A DNA stretch of 49,435 bases from assembly GCA_949127975.1 (NCBI GenBank), contig CASBRB010000229.1, positions 1-49,435 of the forward strand, given 5' to 3'. A program made the position numbers and the translations under genes. The notes under the pieces were generated by a model. The model was not told where the DNA came from, made no database searches, and saw only the letters and a program-made list of their open reading frames with translations. Positions within the stretch are counted from its first letter, which is position 1. Each line of letters begins with the position of its first letter. This document shows, piece by piece, positions 1 to 9,504 of the stretch. The DNA comes from Oscillatoriales cyanobacterium PMM_0019. Lineage in GTDB: Bacteria; Cyanobacteriota; Cyanobacteriia; Cyanobacteriales; CASBRB01.

Positions 1-24
1 AGCTGGTTAAAACTACTAGATTAT

Positions 25-240
25 ATGCAGCCCAGCCGATATCCTGCCTTGGAGCAGGCAATTAACAGACATCCTTTAATCGTAAGACCCCAGAGCAACC
101 TCCTAGATGTCCTGGCTTTAATGAGCCATAGAACCGACAGCACCAGCACTAGCACCAAAAAAGCCAGCGGCGCTTTGGTGATGGAGGGATGCGCTTTGCA
201 ACAGCCAAGGAAACTGCTCGTACCCCATCCCTCTTGGTAA
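25..240 (+). pseudogene. Truncated CBS-domain fragment (N-terminus of a cyanobacterial multi-sensor protein)
   Basis: LEQAINRHPLIV...LLDVLALMS...ASGALVMEG resembles the first CBS repeat of cyanobacterial sensor proteins; it diverges and stops before the usual LVGIFTERD segment. Confidence 0.5.
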
Positions 241-246
241 TCAGGA

Positions 247-1200
247 ATGAATACACCCTATTTATTAAAAGAACCACCTGTCATCCTCGTCGTAGACGAT
301 GACAAGATGACCCGGCAACTATTGCGCCGAGCAATGGAAAAGGAAGGTTACCAGGTGGTAGAAGCCAGCAATGGAGAAGAGTGTTTGGCGGCTTACCCCC
401 GCGTAAAACCGCATATTATTTTGCTTGATGGCGTAATGCCAGTGATGGATGGCTTTAATTGCTGTACCCGTTTGCAAGCGCTGCCAGGGGGCGATCGCAC
501 GCCAGTGTTAATGATTACAGGACTAGAGGACAAACTCTCAGTCGATCGGGCTTTTGAAGCTGGAGCTAGCGATTATGTTACTAAGCCAATTCACTGGCCA
601 GTACTTCTCCAGCGCGTGCGACGTTTGCTCAAACAAATATCACTGATGGAACAACTAGAAATTGCCAACAAGGAATTGCAGCAACTAGCGACATCTGATG
701 CTTTAACAAACATTGCCAACCGACGCCGATTTGATGAATATTTTGACCTAGAGTGGCGACGGATGGCAAGAGAAGTATTGCCCCTGTCTCTGATTCTATG
801 CGACATTGACTTTTTCAAAGCCTATAACGATACTTATGGTCATTTAGCGGGAGACTTTTGTTTGCAACAGGTTGCTAATGCGATCGGCCATACCGCTAAC
901 CGACCAGGGGATTTATTAGCTCGTTACGGGGGCGAAGAATTTGCTGTGGTTTTGCCTTATACCCCCAGTACAGGTGCCCTGGAACTAGCAGAGAAAATTC
1001 GTCAGAATATTATAGGATTGAAGATTGAGCATAGAGGCAGCCAGATTAGCCCCTATGTCACTATCAGTTTAGGCGTATCCAGCACGTTTCCTCACACTAA
1101 AATGCCACCTTCAACACTGATTGCGGCAGCTGATATAGCTCTGTATCAGGCAAAAGCTCAAGGACGCGATCGGGCAATTTTGAACCCATTTGAAGATTAG
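247..1200 (+). CDS. Response regulator / diguanylate cyclase (REC + GGDEF, PleD-like)
   Basis: ILVVDDD and ILLDGVMP receiver motifs; GGEEF active site with RPGD I-site upstream. Confidence 0.93.
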   Translation: MNTPYLLKEPPVILVVDDDKMTRQLLRRAMEKEGYQVVEASNGEECLAAYPRVKPHIILLDGVMPVMDGFNCCTRLQALPGGDRTPVLMITGLEDKLSVDRAFEAGASDYVTKPIHWPVLLQRVRRLLKQISLMEQLEIANKELQQLATSDALTNIANRRRFDEYFDLEWRRMAREVLPLSLILCDIDFFKAYNDTYGHLAGDFCLQQVANAIGHTANRPGDLLARYGGEEFAVVLPYTPSTGALELAEKIRQNIIGLKIEHRGSQISPYVTISLGVSSTFPHTKMPPSTLIAAADIALYQAKAQGRDRAILNPFED

Positions 1201-1218
1201 TTGTCACCGATCAACCTT

Positions 1219-2595
1219 CTAAAGTAACGAAGCTGACTCATAAAGACGTCTCACAATCGATTTAATTTTAGTACCATACCCCAAATCTGCTGACCAACGA
1301 CCGCTGAGTTGCTCGACTAGAGGTGCAATGCCCCGCGTCACAAAGCGAAATCGGGGATCGACTAATTCCTGCACTATTGGCTCCTGAGAAGCGTAGGCTT
1401 TTAGGTGTTGAATTTGAGCCCGAACGCCGATTCTAGCACTGGGAAACGTTCCGCTCTCAGTTTCGCCACCGATCGAGCCTAAGCCAGCAAAATTATTTTG
1501 ACTGATTTTAACATCACCTCCAAAGCGCAGAAAGCCAGTTTCTAAACACATTTGGCCGAAGGCAATATCATAGTTAACGCCCTCAATAGTAGCTTCTTCT
1601 CGGTACAGCTTGGGTAAGTCAGGAAACTGAGACAGTGCATTCTCGTTATTAGCTTTGAGAAACATCATTAGCTGTACCTCGGAGGTATTGCCACGTCCCA
1701 TGAGTTGGTCTATGTCACCAGCGCAGATTTGTAAAATTGAGCGCAAAATTACGGTTTGGGTGGCACTATCCCAACTTACAGAAACATTAAAGTCTCGCAG
1801 TTCAATAGCTTTTACATACACTACACCTCGGTAGGAAACGCGACGGATATTGGTGGCATTACTCAATTTAACTCCCAGTCGATCTACTAGATCGATCGGG
1901 ATGTAGGCGTTGTTATTAATCAGGAGACCTTTTTCTCCGTAAACCTGGTTGTTAATACTAATATTAATCGGGCTATAAGTGGTTTCCGGGGTCGTGCCAC
2001 CACCCGTGCTACCTCCTGTGCTACCTCCCGTACCACCACCTTGGAGCCAAGATGCTATTGCGTCTGCTATTCCCAGTGCCATATCACGGCGTCGAGTCTG
2101 AATTAACTGCCGATCGTCTGGATTGGTGAGAAACCCAACTTCCAGTACCATTGAGGAAATAATGATATCGCGACAGAAAGCTAGACGTCCCACACTGGTA
2201 GTTGTGTCTGGCTTGGCACCCCGCGTCGGCAGTTGGGGAACACGACGCAGCAAGGCAAGCAGAATTTGTTCGGCTTGAGTTTTGCGCTCTGGGTTGTTGG
2301 TAATGTAATAGATAGTGGCACCACGAACATCTGGGTTGCCGTAGGCATCGGCACGGATTTGGATGGCGGTGTCACCGTTACGAGCGCGGCTATTGATCCA
2401 GTTAATTGTCTGCGGTAAAGTCAGGTCATCGGGTACAGAAAAAACTTCAATACTGCGCGATCGCACTTCCGGTACTATCTGATCCCGCAGCAGGATCATT
2501 TCCTGTGCTTCCGTCGTACCCCCCGCCACTATCCCTGAGTCGCTACCGTTGACTTCAGAACTACCATGCCCAGCTGCAATAAATATCCGTCCCAT
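1219..2595 (-). CDS. tftA: Amidase_3 + glucosaminidase-like cell-wall protein (hormogonium tapered terminus morphoprotein TftA family)
   Basis: MGRIFIAAGHG start, LEVGF motif, Gly/Thr linker, C-terminal QMCLETGFL...QNNFAGLG...QHLKAYA glucosaminidase-like domain. Confidence 0.8.
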   Translation of the reverse strand: MGRIFIAAGHGSSEVNGSDSGIVAGGTTEAQEMILLRDQIVPEVRSRSIEVFSVPDDLTLPQTINWINSRARNGDTAIQIRADAYGNPDVRGATIYYITNNPERKTQAEQILLALLRRVPQLPTRGAKPDTTTSVGRLAFCRDIIISSMVLEVGFLTNPDDRQLIQTRRRDMALGIADAIASWLQGGGTGGSTGGSTGGGTTPETTYSPINISINNQVYGEKGLLINNNAYIPIDLVDRLGVKLSNATNIRRVSYRGVVYVKAIELRDFNVSVSWDSATQTVILRSILQICAGDIDQLMGRGNTSEVQLMMFLKANNENALSQFPDLPKLYREEATIEGVNYDIAFGQMCLETGFLRFGGDVKISQNNFAGLGSIGGETESGTFPSARIGVRAQIQHLKAYASQEPIVQELVDPRFRFVTRGIAPLVEQLSGRWSADLGYGTKIKSIVRRLYESASLL

Positions 2596-2763
2596 CTCAG
2601 AGCTTTCCTTGTGCTATAAGTTGTTGGTTGTTGGTTGTTAGTATCACATTCATTACTGTAGCACTGCCTCTACATATAGCGGTTCGTAGGGGCAATCCCC
2701 TTTTAATCAAAATGCGATCGCACTAAGCAAATCTAAAATCTAAAATACTTGCCTGCCTGACCA

Positions 2764-3402
2764 TCAATTAGTTTGTAACATAATTTGTCTAATTTCTTTG
2801 AGGATACGCATTATATCATATAACTGATTACGGCGGGGAATTAGCAGAGAGAAAACATTTGATAAGTCATATTCTGGGGTGGACTGAATCAATAGTTTAA
2901 TAAACTGAAATTCATCGCCATTGGTAATTAGTCCATAAACCGGACATTCGGGATTAGGATTGGCTAACATATAGGTTAGTGCTTGGGGGAGCGCGATCGA
3001 AAATGTAATAGTTGCTTTGGATTCAACCACTAATACCCAGAGTTGTTGAATAATCAATATGTCAATGCGACCTCTTAAAATTTCATCTTTATCTTCTACA
3101 ACCACTTCTACTTCTGGTTCAGTCGTCACAAAAAAAGGTTCATCGTATAAACCAGCAAGAGTTAACAAAGGGGAAATTAGCAATTGATTAATTGTGCCTT
3201 CTGCCAGATAACCGCGTTTTCGATGCCGATAAAATCTGGTTTTAATTTGGTTTAAAATAGCAATTTCGGACTCAGTAAGTTGGGGTAAATCTTGCTGCCA
3301 TTCTGGAAAAAAAAGTTCATTGTCTGTAGGGCGCAGGTTAAATGTTTCTTCTAGGTCATCAAGAGTTTTAATAGTTTTGGAAATGGGGCGGGTTTGAACC
3401 AT
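2764..3402 (-). CDS. Cyanobacterial PD-(D/E)XK protein resembling the type I restriction HsdR N-terminal domain
   Basis: LRGRIDIL...LVVESK nuclease-like motif, QALTYML, GLITNG. Confidence 0.75.
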   Translation of the reverse strand: MVQTRPISKTIKTLDDLEETFNLRPTDNELFFPEWQQDLPQLTESEIAILNQIKTRFYRHRKRGYLAEGTINQLLISPLLTLAGLYDEPFFVTTEPEVEVVVEDKDEILRGRIDILIIQQLWVLVVESKATITFSIALPQALTYMLANPNPECPVYGLITNGDEFQFIKLLIQSTPEYDLSNVFSLLIPRRNQLYDIMRILKEIRQIMLQTN

Positions 3403-3527
3403 GTTTTATTTTCCTAGAGAACTGGACTAAAAGCTTGGCTATTTATATAATTATATCTGCTCCAGGCAGAACCCAGGTATAAAAACAACTCCAAGCCGCA
3501 AGACCAAAACGGCGCGAAAAACTCTTA

Positions 3528-3682
3528 CAGTACTGTAGCACTGCCCCTATATATAGCGGTTCGTAGGGCAATCCCCCTGTGGTTGCCCCTATATATAGCG
3601 GTTCGTAGGGGCAATCCCCTGTGGTTGCCCCTATATATAGCGATTCGTAGGGGCAATCCCCCTGTGGTTGCCCCTATATATG
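3528..3682. repeat. Tandem GTAGGGGCAA-type REP units (period about 42-43 bp) behind a CAGTACTGTAGCA MITE-like end
   Basis: gcccctatatatagcggttcgtaggggcaatcccc(c)tgtggtt repeated with starts at about 3543, 3585, 3627, 3670. Confidence 0.9.
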
Positions 3683-3683
3683 C

Positions 3684-3859
3684 TAGCCCTGCAATCGGTG
3701 TTCTTTCTCGTTCCCAGGCTCTGCCTGGGAATGCTGGAAAGGAGGCAGAGCCGACACCACTCGGGAACACCACTGCGGGAGCAATCGGTGTTCAAACTCA
3801 TTCCCTCCTTTAGCGATGGAACGAGAAGAAAGGTTACGAGAGTCACCTTGACAGGGCTA
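3684..3859. mobile_element. MITE-like element with TAGCCCTG(T)CAA ends carrying CTCGTTCCC hairpins
   Basis: tagccctgcaa...ttgacagggcta inverted ends; the same end recurs at about 5748 and 16915. Confidence 0.55.
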
Positions 3860-4157
3860 ACAGAGCTAGGTTCTATAAAGCCACATAGAGCCTACCATCA
3901 CCACCAGCGCGTCGAACGCATGCAAAATTAGATCGGGTAATAAATTCAGATTTGGACGACCGCCAAATGAGAAGAAAAGCCAGAACGATGCCACTGTGTA
4001 GAGCGTAAAAATTGTATCAGGGTAAGCGCAAGAAAAAGAGTGACAAGATGTGCTAAAGGGGGAGCCTTAATTTTGGCAATTTCGCTGAAAGAGTGCTATC
4101 TTTGGGTAGCGAACGACGAGAGTTGTCGCGCTTGCCTTGCGCTATCGCGCCCAAAAA

Positions 4158-4186
4158 TTACGCACCATTCGTCCAGGAGGTATAAT
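4158..4186 (+). promoter_or_regulatory. Candidate sigma70 promoter of the vapBC pair
   Basis: TTACGC-17 bp-TATAAT ending 24 bp before the ATG at 4211. Confidence 0.4.
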
Positions 4187-4210
4187 GTAAAAAAGTAGAA
4201 AGCCTTAACC

Positions 4211-4492
4211 ATGATTGGTACTAATATTTACATCAGTCAAGAAACTCAAGAATGTCTAATTAAAGCAGCCGCTTTACAACAAATGTCTGTTGAAAAACTA
4301 GCTTCTTATATATTGAGGGAAAGTCTCCAAAATAAGTTTGGGGAAATTAGCAATTCAAGGTCAATTCAAAGCCAATTCGCCGTTAATCCTCTGAGGGAAA
4401 TGCAACCCTATGCTTATTTAGCAGATCCTAATGAACCAGTGATTTCTCCTGATGATTGGGAAATGAATCAGAATGAGGTGAATGATTTGTGA
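4211..4492 (+). CDS. Putative antitoxin (VapB-like)
   Basis: Small protein overlapping the PIN toxin start (GTGA); DPNEPV...DDWE C-terminus typical of cyanobacterial antitoxins. Confidence 0.7.
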   Translation: MIGTNIYISQETQECLIKAAALQQMSVEKLASYILRESLQNKFGEISNSRSIQSQFAVNPLREMQPYAYLADPNEPVISPDDWEMNQNEVNDL

Positions 4493-4884
4493 TCGTTCTT
4501 GATACTCATATTTGGGTTTGGTGGAATCACAATGATTCCCGGTTGACCCCTACCCACCATGAGGCAATAAATCGGGAAAGACCTCATGGTTTAGGTATTT
4601 GCTCCATAAGTTTGTTAGAGATTAGCAGACTTGTTACCCAAAATAAGCTAATTCTTCCCTGTCCGGTTCAAGAATGGTTTAATATTGCTTTGACACAAGA
4701 GGGGGTACTTCTTCTGTCAATCACTCGCCAAATTGCCATTGATTGCTACTCACTACCAGGCAATTTTCATAAAGAACCAGCCGATAGACTTATCGTTTCC
4801 ACAGCAAGAATGTATGATGTTTTTTTGGTGAGTGTAGATGAAAAAATCCTGGCCTATTCTTATGTAAAAAGGATTTTACCCTGA
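4489..4884 (+). CDS. vapC: Type II TA toxin, PIN domain
   Basis: IVLDTHIWVW, SISLLEI, FHKEPADRLI, LVSVDEKI. Confidence 0.9.
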   Translation: MIVLDTHIWVWWNHNDSRLTPTHHEAINRERPHGLGICSISLLEISRLVTQNKLILPCPVQEWFNIALTQEGVLLLSITRQIAIDCYSLPGNFHKEPADRLIVSTARMYDVFLVSVDEKILAYSYVKRILP

Positions 4885-4950
4885 TGTGGAGCGTGATTTT
4901 CAGGTAAATAGCCATAGTTTGTCGCTAAAATTCTCGCCATAGCGATCGAG

Positions 4951-5071
4951 CGAAGAGCGATCGCACTATGAAGTTGGATTTCGTTCCTCAACCCTACAAG
5001 AGAAGAGCGATCGCACTATGAAGTTGGGTTTCGTTCCTCAACCCAACCTACAAAAGAAGAGCGATCGCACT
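4951..5071. repeat. Tandem HIP1 + GTAGGTTGGG-type REP units
   Basis: gaagagcgatcgcactatgaagttgg(a/g)tttcgttcctcaacc..ctacaa twice, plus a third partial copy in the end of the next gene. Confidence 0.85.
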
Positions 5072-5686
5072 CCCGCTTAGGGCTGCAACCAGAATCCTCA
5101 TCAATTGTTCTAAATCAGTTGGTACTCGATACAGGGTTAATTCTTGGGTGACTATTTTGCTCTGACGATGCAGGACTCCAAACTGCCAAATCGTACCTGT
5201 TGAAACTGCTCCAACTAAAGAAGGCTGTTGCTCTACTGATGTTGATTTTTCCCACTGATCGAGCGCAATCAGTTCAACTGCCATCTGGGTGAAGCCATTG
5301 GTCAAATCCTCCTGCTTTGCTTCCACTACTAACAGGTTATTTTTTGTTCTGAGCAAATAATCTAACTCGCCTTGAAGCCGATCGCTCACTTTTAATATAT
5401 ACTCAATCCGCAACTGCGCTCGCGTGTAATGAATTAAATCTTCCATTAACGGTGCAATTAGCATTTCTCGACGGGATTGCTCGTTGGTGAAATCTATATA
5501 AGGTAGCACTTCTTCAATGCGCGATCGCCGATCGAGCGATCGATCTAACTCACCCTGATATTGAGGTAAATCGAGTAGGGTACGTTCCAGTGAATAGCCA
5601 TATTCCGCCAACATTTCATCAGTTGGAGCCTTCATTTTAGCAATTTCACTGAAAGAGTAAGTACGATTGGGGTCAAGTAGAGGCAT
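5048..5686 (-). CDS. Cyanobacterial PD-(D/E)XK nuclease-like hypothetical protein
   Basis: LQGELDYL...LVVEAK, GFTQMAVEL, GAVSTGTIWQFG; ATG at 5686 preferred to the ORF-track start. Confidence 0.7.
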   Translation of the reverse strand: MPLLDPNRTYSFSEIAKMKAPTDEMLAEYGYSLERTLLDLPQYQGELDRSLDRRSRIEEVLPYIDFTNEQSRREMLIAPLMEDLIHYTRAQLRIEYILKVSDRLQGELDYLLRTKNNLLVVEAKQEDLTNGFTQMAVELIALDQWEKSTSVEQQPSLVGAVSTGTIWQFGVLHRQSKIVTQELTLYRVPTDLEQLMRILVAALSGSAIALLL

Positions 5687-5845
5687 AGAATTAAAAATAT
5701 GTATTGCTCTTTTGATTATGGTAGAGAATTGGTGGACAATGCCCACCTAGCCCTGTCAAGGTGTTATTTCTCGTTCCCAGGCAGAGCCTGGGAATGCTGG
5801 AAAGGAGGCTCTGCCTCCCAATTTCACGCACTAGCCTGATACTTC

Positions 5846-5939
5846 CAGGACTTACGCAGACTGGGCATATATAGGGGCAACGATCGGCTCTTGATTGCCC
5901 CTACCAACCGCTATATGTAGAGGCAGTGCGTAAGTCCTG
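5846..5939. mobile_element. MITE with CAGGACTTACGCA terminal inverted repeats and an internal REP
   Basis: caggacttacgca...tgcgtaagtcctg, perfect 13-bp TIR. Confidence 0.8.
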
Positions 5940-5988
5940 TCTTATCTTAGGCTGCTCTCAAAGGTTTCGTTCCTAGGCTCCGCCTGGG

Positions 5989-6180
5989 AACGAGAAAGCA
6001 ACGAGAAAACTCTCTTCCAATGGTAATGTTGGGTTTCGCTATCGCTCAACCCAACCTACAATAACTACAATAACTAGGAACGCGAAAGCAACGAGAAAAC
6101 TCTCTTCCAATGGTAATGTTGGGTTTCGCTATCGCTCAACCCAACCTACAATAACTAGGAACGCGAAAGCAACGAGAAAG
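5989..6180. repeat. Tandem duplication of a REP-containing unit of about 85 bp
   Basis: aacgagaaaactctcttccaatggtaatgttgggtttcgctatcgctcaacccaacctacaataacta present twice. Confidence 0.85.
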
Positions 6181-6223
6181 CACGCAAGCGTGCCAACTGG
6201 GGCGGCGAATTCTGGCTAATCCA

Positions 6224-6283
6224 CTACTGCTTGGCGTTGCGCTCAAAGTCGGTAAACGACTGAATATCTCTAAAGTCAATCAT
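6224..6283 (-). pseudogene. Relic of a Phd/YefM-type antitoxin N-terminus
   Basis: Reads MIDFRDIQSFTDFERNAKQ*, like the MIDxxDIxSLTDFxRN starts of Phd antitoxins; premature stop. Confidence 0.5.
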
Positions 6284-6417
6284 GGAGTTACGGTTAATTT
6301 AATGTTGTACTATATCCATATATTCTTCCAGTAGGGGCAACCACGGGGGTAGGGGGTGCCCCTACCATGAACCTAGGGGCAACCACGGGGGTAGGGGGTG
6401 CCCCTACAATTAATATC

Positions 6418-7701
6418 TTATGGTATCACTGCGGCGATCGCTTTCTCCAATACTTGTAACCCCTTATCTATCTCCTCGGCAGAAACAATCAGCGGCGGGA
6501 CAAAGCGAATTACCTTGGGACCAGCGGGAACTAACAGTAAACCCTCAGCAATAGCCGCCTTAACAATATCAGTTGAGGTAACTTGGGTGTCTGCTTTCAA
6601 CTCCATGCCGTTGATTAAACCCCAGCCACGCACTTCGGCAATCAAATCGGGATACTTAGAAGCAAGACCTCTTAACCCTGTCCGCAATTGTTCGCCTCGT
6701 TGCTGTACATTTGCCAGCAGGTTTTCCCGTTCCAAAGTCTGACAAACACTCAGGGCAGCGGCACAGGCAAAAGGATTACCGCCAAACGTGCTAGCATGAT
6801 CCCCCGGCTTGAAGACATCGCAGAACTGCTTGCACATCGTAGCACCGATGGGGATGCCACCACCCAATCCTTTAGCACTGGTGAAAATATCCGGCTCAAT
6901 TCCCAGATTCTCGTACCCCCAAAAGTGCCCTGTGCGCCCCATGCCCACCTGCACTTCATCCAGAATCAACAGAATACCTTTCTCAGTACAAATCTCCCGA
7001 ATCCGCTGGAAGTATTCCACATTTCCTGGGCGGACGCCACCTTCACCCTGTAAAGCTTCTAGGAGAATTGCAGCTACCTGGCTCTCTTGAGCGTCTAGTC
7101 GAGTTATTGTTTCTTCCAATGCCTGAATATCGTTGTAAGGCACATACTCAAACCCCGGCATCAAAGGATCGAAATTCTGCTGGTACTTCGGTTGCCCGGT
7201 AGCTGTAATTGTCGCTAATGTCCGCCCGTGGAAACTAGCGTGTGCTGTCAAAATTACTGGGTTCTTGATGTTTAACACTGTGTGGGCGTACTTTCGAGCT
7301 AGTTTAATTGCCCCTTCGTTGGCTTCCGCCCCAGAGTTACAGAAAAACACCCTATCGGCACAGGAATGTTCTATCAGCCATTTCGCTAACTCTCCCTGCA
7401 AGGGGATGTAATACAAGTTAGAAACATGGTGTAGCTTTTTGATTTGGCGCGTTACCGCTTCTATCAGGGCGGGGTGGGCGTGTCCTAGAGTACAAGTGGC
7501 AATTCCCGCCACAAAATCCAAATATTCTCGCCCTTGGGTATCCCAAACGCGGCAACCTTCACCTCGCTCTAGGGCAAGGGGAAAGCGCCCGTAGGTTGCC
7601 ATTACACTGTCGTCAAAGCGATCTTGGCTAAACTCGCTGTTATGAACTGGTGCTGACTTTAGTGGTATGGAAGGATTCTCAATGAGAGTTTCTATGCTCA
7701 C
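6418..7701 (-). CDS. argD: Acetylornithine aminotransferase
   Basis: NSGAEANE, SFHGRT, LDEVQVGMGRTG, SAKGLGGG, HASTFGGNP. Confidence 0.95.
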   Translation of the reverse strand: MSIETLIENPSIPLKSAPVHNSEFSQDRFDDSVMATYGRFPLALERGEGCRVWDTQGREYLDFVAGIATCTLGHAHPALIEAVTRQIKKLHHVSNLYYIPLQGELAKWLIEHSCADRVFFCNSGAEANEGAIKLARKYAHTVLNIKNPVILTAHASFHGRTLATITATGQPKYQQNFDPLMPGFEYVPYNDIQALEETITRLDAQESQVAAILLEALQGEGGVRPGNVEYFQRIREICTEKGILLILDEVQVGMGRTGHFWGYENLGIEPDIFTSAKGLGGGIPIGATMCKQFCDVFKPGDHASTFGGNPFACAAALSVCQTLERENLLANVQQRGEQLRTGLRGLASKYPDLIAEVRGWGLINGMELKADTQVTSTDIVKAAIAEGLLLVPAGPKVIRFVPPLIVSAEEIDKGLQVLEKAIAAVIP

Positions 7702-7833
7702 TTGTGGCTGCTCCTGATTAATTTGTTATTATCGATCGCATCTTAGTTTCAAAAATCATAGCTTGATATTCTTAGCTTATTGGTGGTTATTTTTACCAAA
7801 GAACAATTATAGTCGCGCCAGAGGTGACCGAAA

Positions 7834-8901
7834 TTGGTGTACTCGACGCTAGAAAAAAAATACCGACGCATCCAAAAAGAGCTGATTGCAGGCGCTCTAG
7901 CTCTCGGCTGTGTTTTCTTGATGGGCACTCTATGGTATAGGCTGATCGAGGGGTGGGGTTGGATAGACGCCGTTTACATGACGGCGATCACCCTGTCTAC
8001 CGTTGGGTTTGGAGAAATTCATCACCTAGGCGATCGCGGCCGGATGTTTACTATCTCCCTAATTTTCATGGGAGTAGTGAGCATCGGCTATATTGCCAAT
8101 CGATTTACAGAAGCCCTAATTCAAGGTTATTTTCAAGAAGGAAGACTCCTGCGACAACAGCGACGCTTAATGGACTCGTTAACTCGACATTATATCATTT
8201 GTGGATTTGGACGCACAGGGCGTCAGGTCGCCTTGGAATTTGAGGCCGAAGGCATATCTTTTCTCACCCTAGACTCTGACTTGGAGCAGGTACAGACAGC
8301 CCAGGCTGAGGGTTACATCGCTGTGCAAGGTGATGCTACTCTAGATGAAACTTTGCTGAAGGTGGGGATCGATCGAGCTATTTGTTTAGTAGCGGCCCTA
8401 CCCTCTGATGCCGAAAATCTCTACACCGTGCTGTCTGCGAAAACTCTCAACCCTCAAATCCGAGCGATCGCTCGTGCTAGTAACGAAGAAGCCTTAAAAA
8501 AGCTACGGCGGGCGGGTGCAGATGCTGTTGTCTCTCCCTACATCACTGGTGGTAGACGCATGGCGGCTGCCGCACTCAGACCTCAAGTGATGGATTTTGT
8601 GGATGGGATTCTCACTGGAACCGATCGGGCTTTCTATATGGAAGAATTCTTGATCGATCCCCAAAGCTGTCCCGTTGTTGGGCAAAACTTGAGAGAAGCA
8701 CGGTTGCGATCGCAATCCGGGGCACTGGTTCTAGCCATTCGCCGCGCTGATGGGAACCTGATTGGGGGACCGACGGGTGACACGCAATTATTACCAGGAG
8801 ATTTACTTATCTGCATGGGCACGGCTGAGCAACTGCGCATACTAAACCGTATTTTAGAACCAAACCCTTCCCAATTTCCGCGACCACCTAAGCATACCTA
8901 A
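7834..8901 (+). CDS. Potassium channel with TrkA-N/TrkA-C (RCK) domains
   Basis: TLSTVGFGE selectivity filter, two TM helices, ICGFGRTG Rossmann motif. Confidence 0.92.
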   Translation: MVYSTLEKKYRRIQKELIAGALALGCVFLMGTLWYRLIEGWGWIDAVYMTAITLSTVGFGEIHHLGDRGRMFTISLIFMGVVSIGYIANRFTEALIQGYFQEGRLLRQQRRLMDSLTRHYIICGFGRTGRQVALEFEAEGISFLTLDSDLEQVQTAQAEGYIAVQGDATLDETLLKVGIDRAICLVAALPSDAENLYTVLSAKTLNPQIRAIARASNEEALKKLRRAGADAVVSPYITGGRRMAAAALRPQVMDFVDGILTGTDRAFYMEEFLIDPQSCPVVGQNLREARLRSQSGALVLAIRRADGNLIGGPTGDTQLLPGDLLICMGTAEQLRILNRILEPNPSQFPRPPKHT

Positions 8902-9104
8902 TCTAACTTCAACGCATTGACTGGGACTTGATCCCAAGAATTAACAGTCCGCAAGCTAGCTACCCAGCCCTGTTCTTTTTGCTTATCGGACAAATTCTGC
9001 TGAAAAGATTCGTGGCAATCCTTTGCTAATTCCTCATCGCAAGAGGCAATACAAGAATATAGAAGTCCAGAAGGATCGATCTGTTCGTTTACCCAAATAA
9101 TCAT
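8898..9104 (-). CDS. Small conserved cyanobacterial protein
   Basis: IWVNEQIDPSG...SWDQVPVNALKL; start overlaps the GNAT stop codon. Confidence 0.75.
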   Translation of the reverse strand: MIIWVNEQIDPSGLLYSCIASCDEELAKDCHESFQQNLSDKQKEQGWVASLRTVNSWDQVPVNALKLD

Positions 9105-9504
9105 TTTTTTTCACTGGTAAGGCGGCAGATGCGCCAATCCTCTAAAATTACAGCTCCCATGCTTTCATAAAAAGTGCGAGCAGGCTGATTCCAATCCAAA
9201 ACGCTCCACTCTAAGCGCCCACAACCCCGCGCCACAGCTAATTTTGATAAGTGGCTAAATAAAGCCTTACCTATTCCCTGACGTTGGTATTCTGGCAAAA
9301 CAAATATATCTTCTAGATAAATACCTGGCTTAGTGAGAAAGGTGGAATATTTATAAAAAAAGACGGCGAATCCAACTACTTGCCCCTCATACTCTCCCAC
9401 AATAGCCTCTGCATAAGGTCGATTGCCAAACAGATGTTCCTTGAGGGCTTCAGGATTACCAGTCACAGCATGGGAGAGTTTTTCGTACTCTGCCAATGCC
9501 TGAA

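Noticed and set aside
3528-3682. Possible CRISPR array (also 15674-15758, 27900-28031, 40255-40340)
   Set aside because: Units are contiguous, near-identical tandem REPs with no unique spacers, and no cas genes are in the window
3525-3931. Several overlapping short ORFs
   Set aside because: Translations of REP/MITE sequence (YRGNHRG, GATTGGLPL); the same applies to 37328-37810 and 40013-40321
3860-4150. Unexplained intergenic stretch, possible ncRNA or gene relic
   Set aside because: No recognisable protein motif or convincing structure in the frames I read
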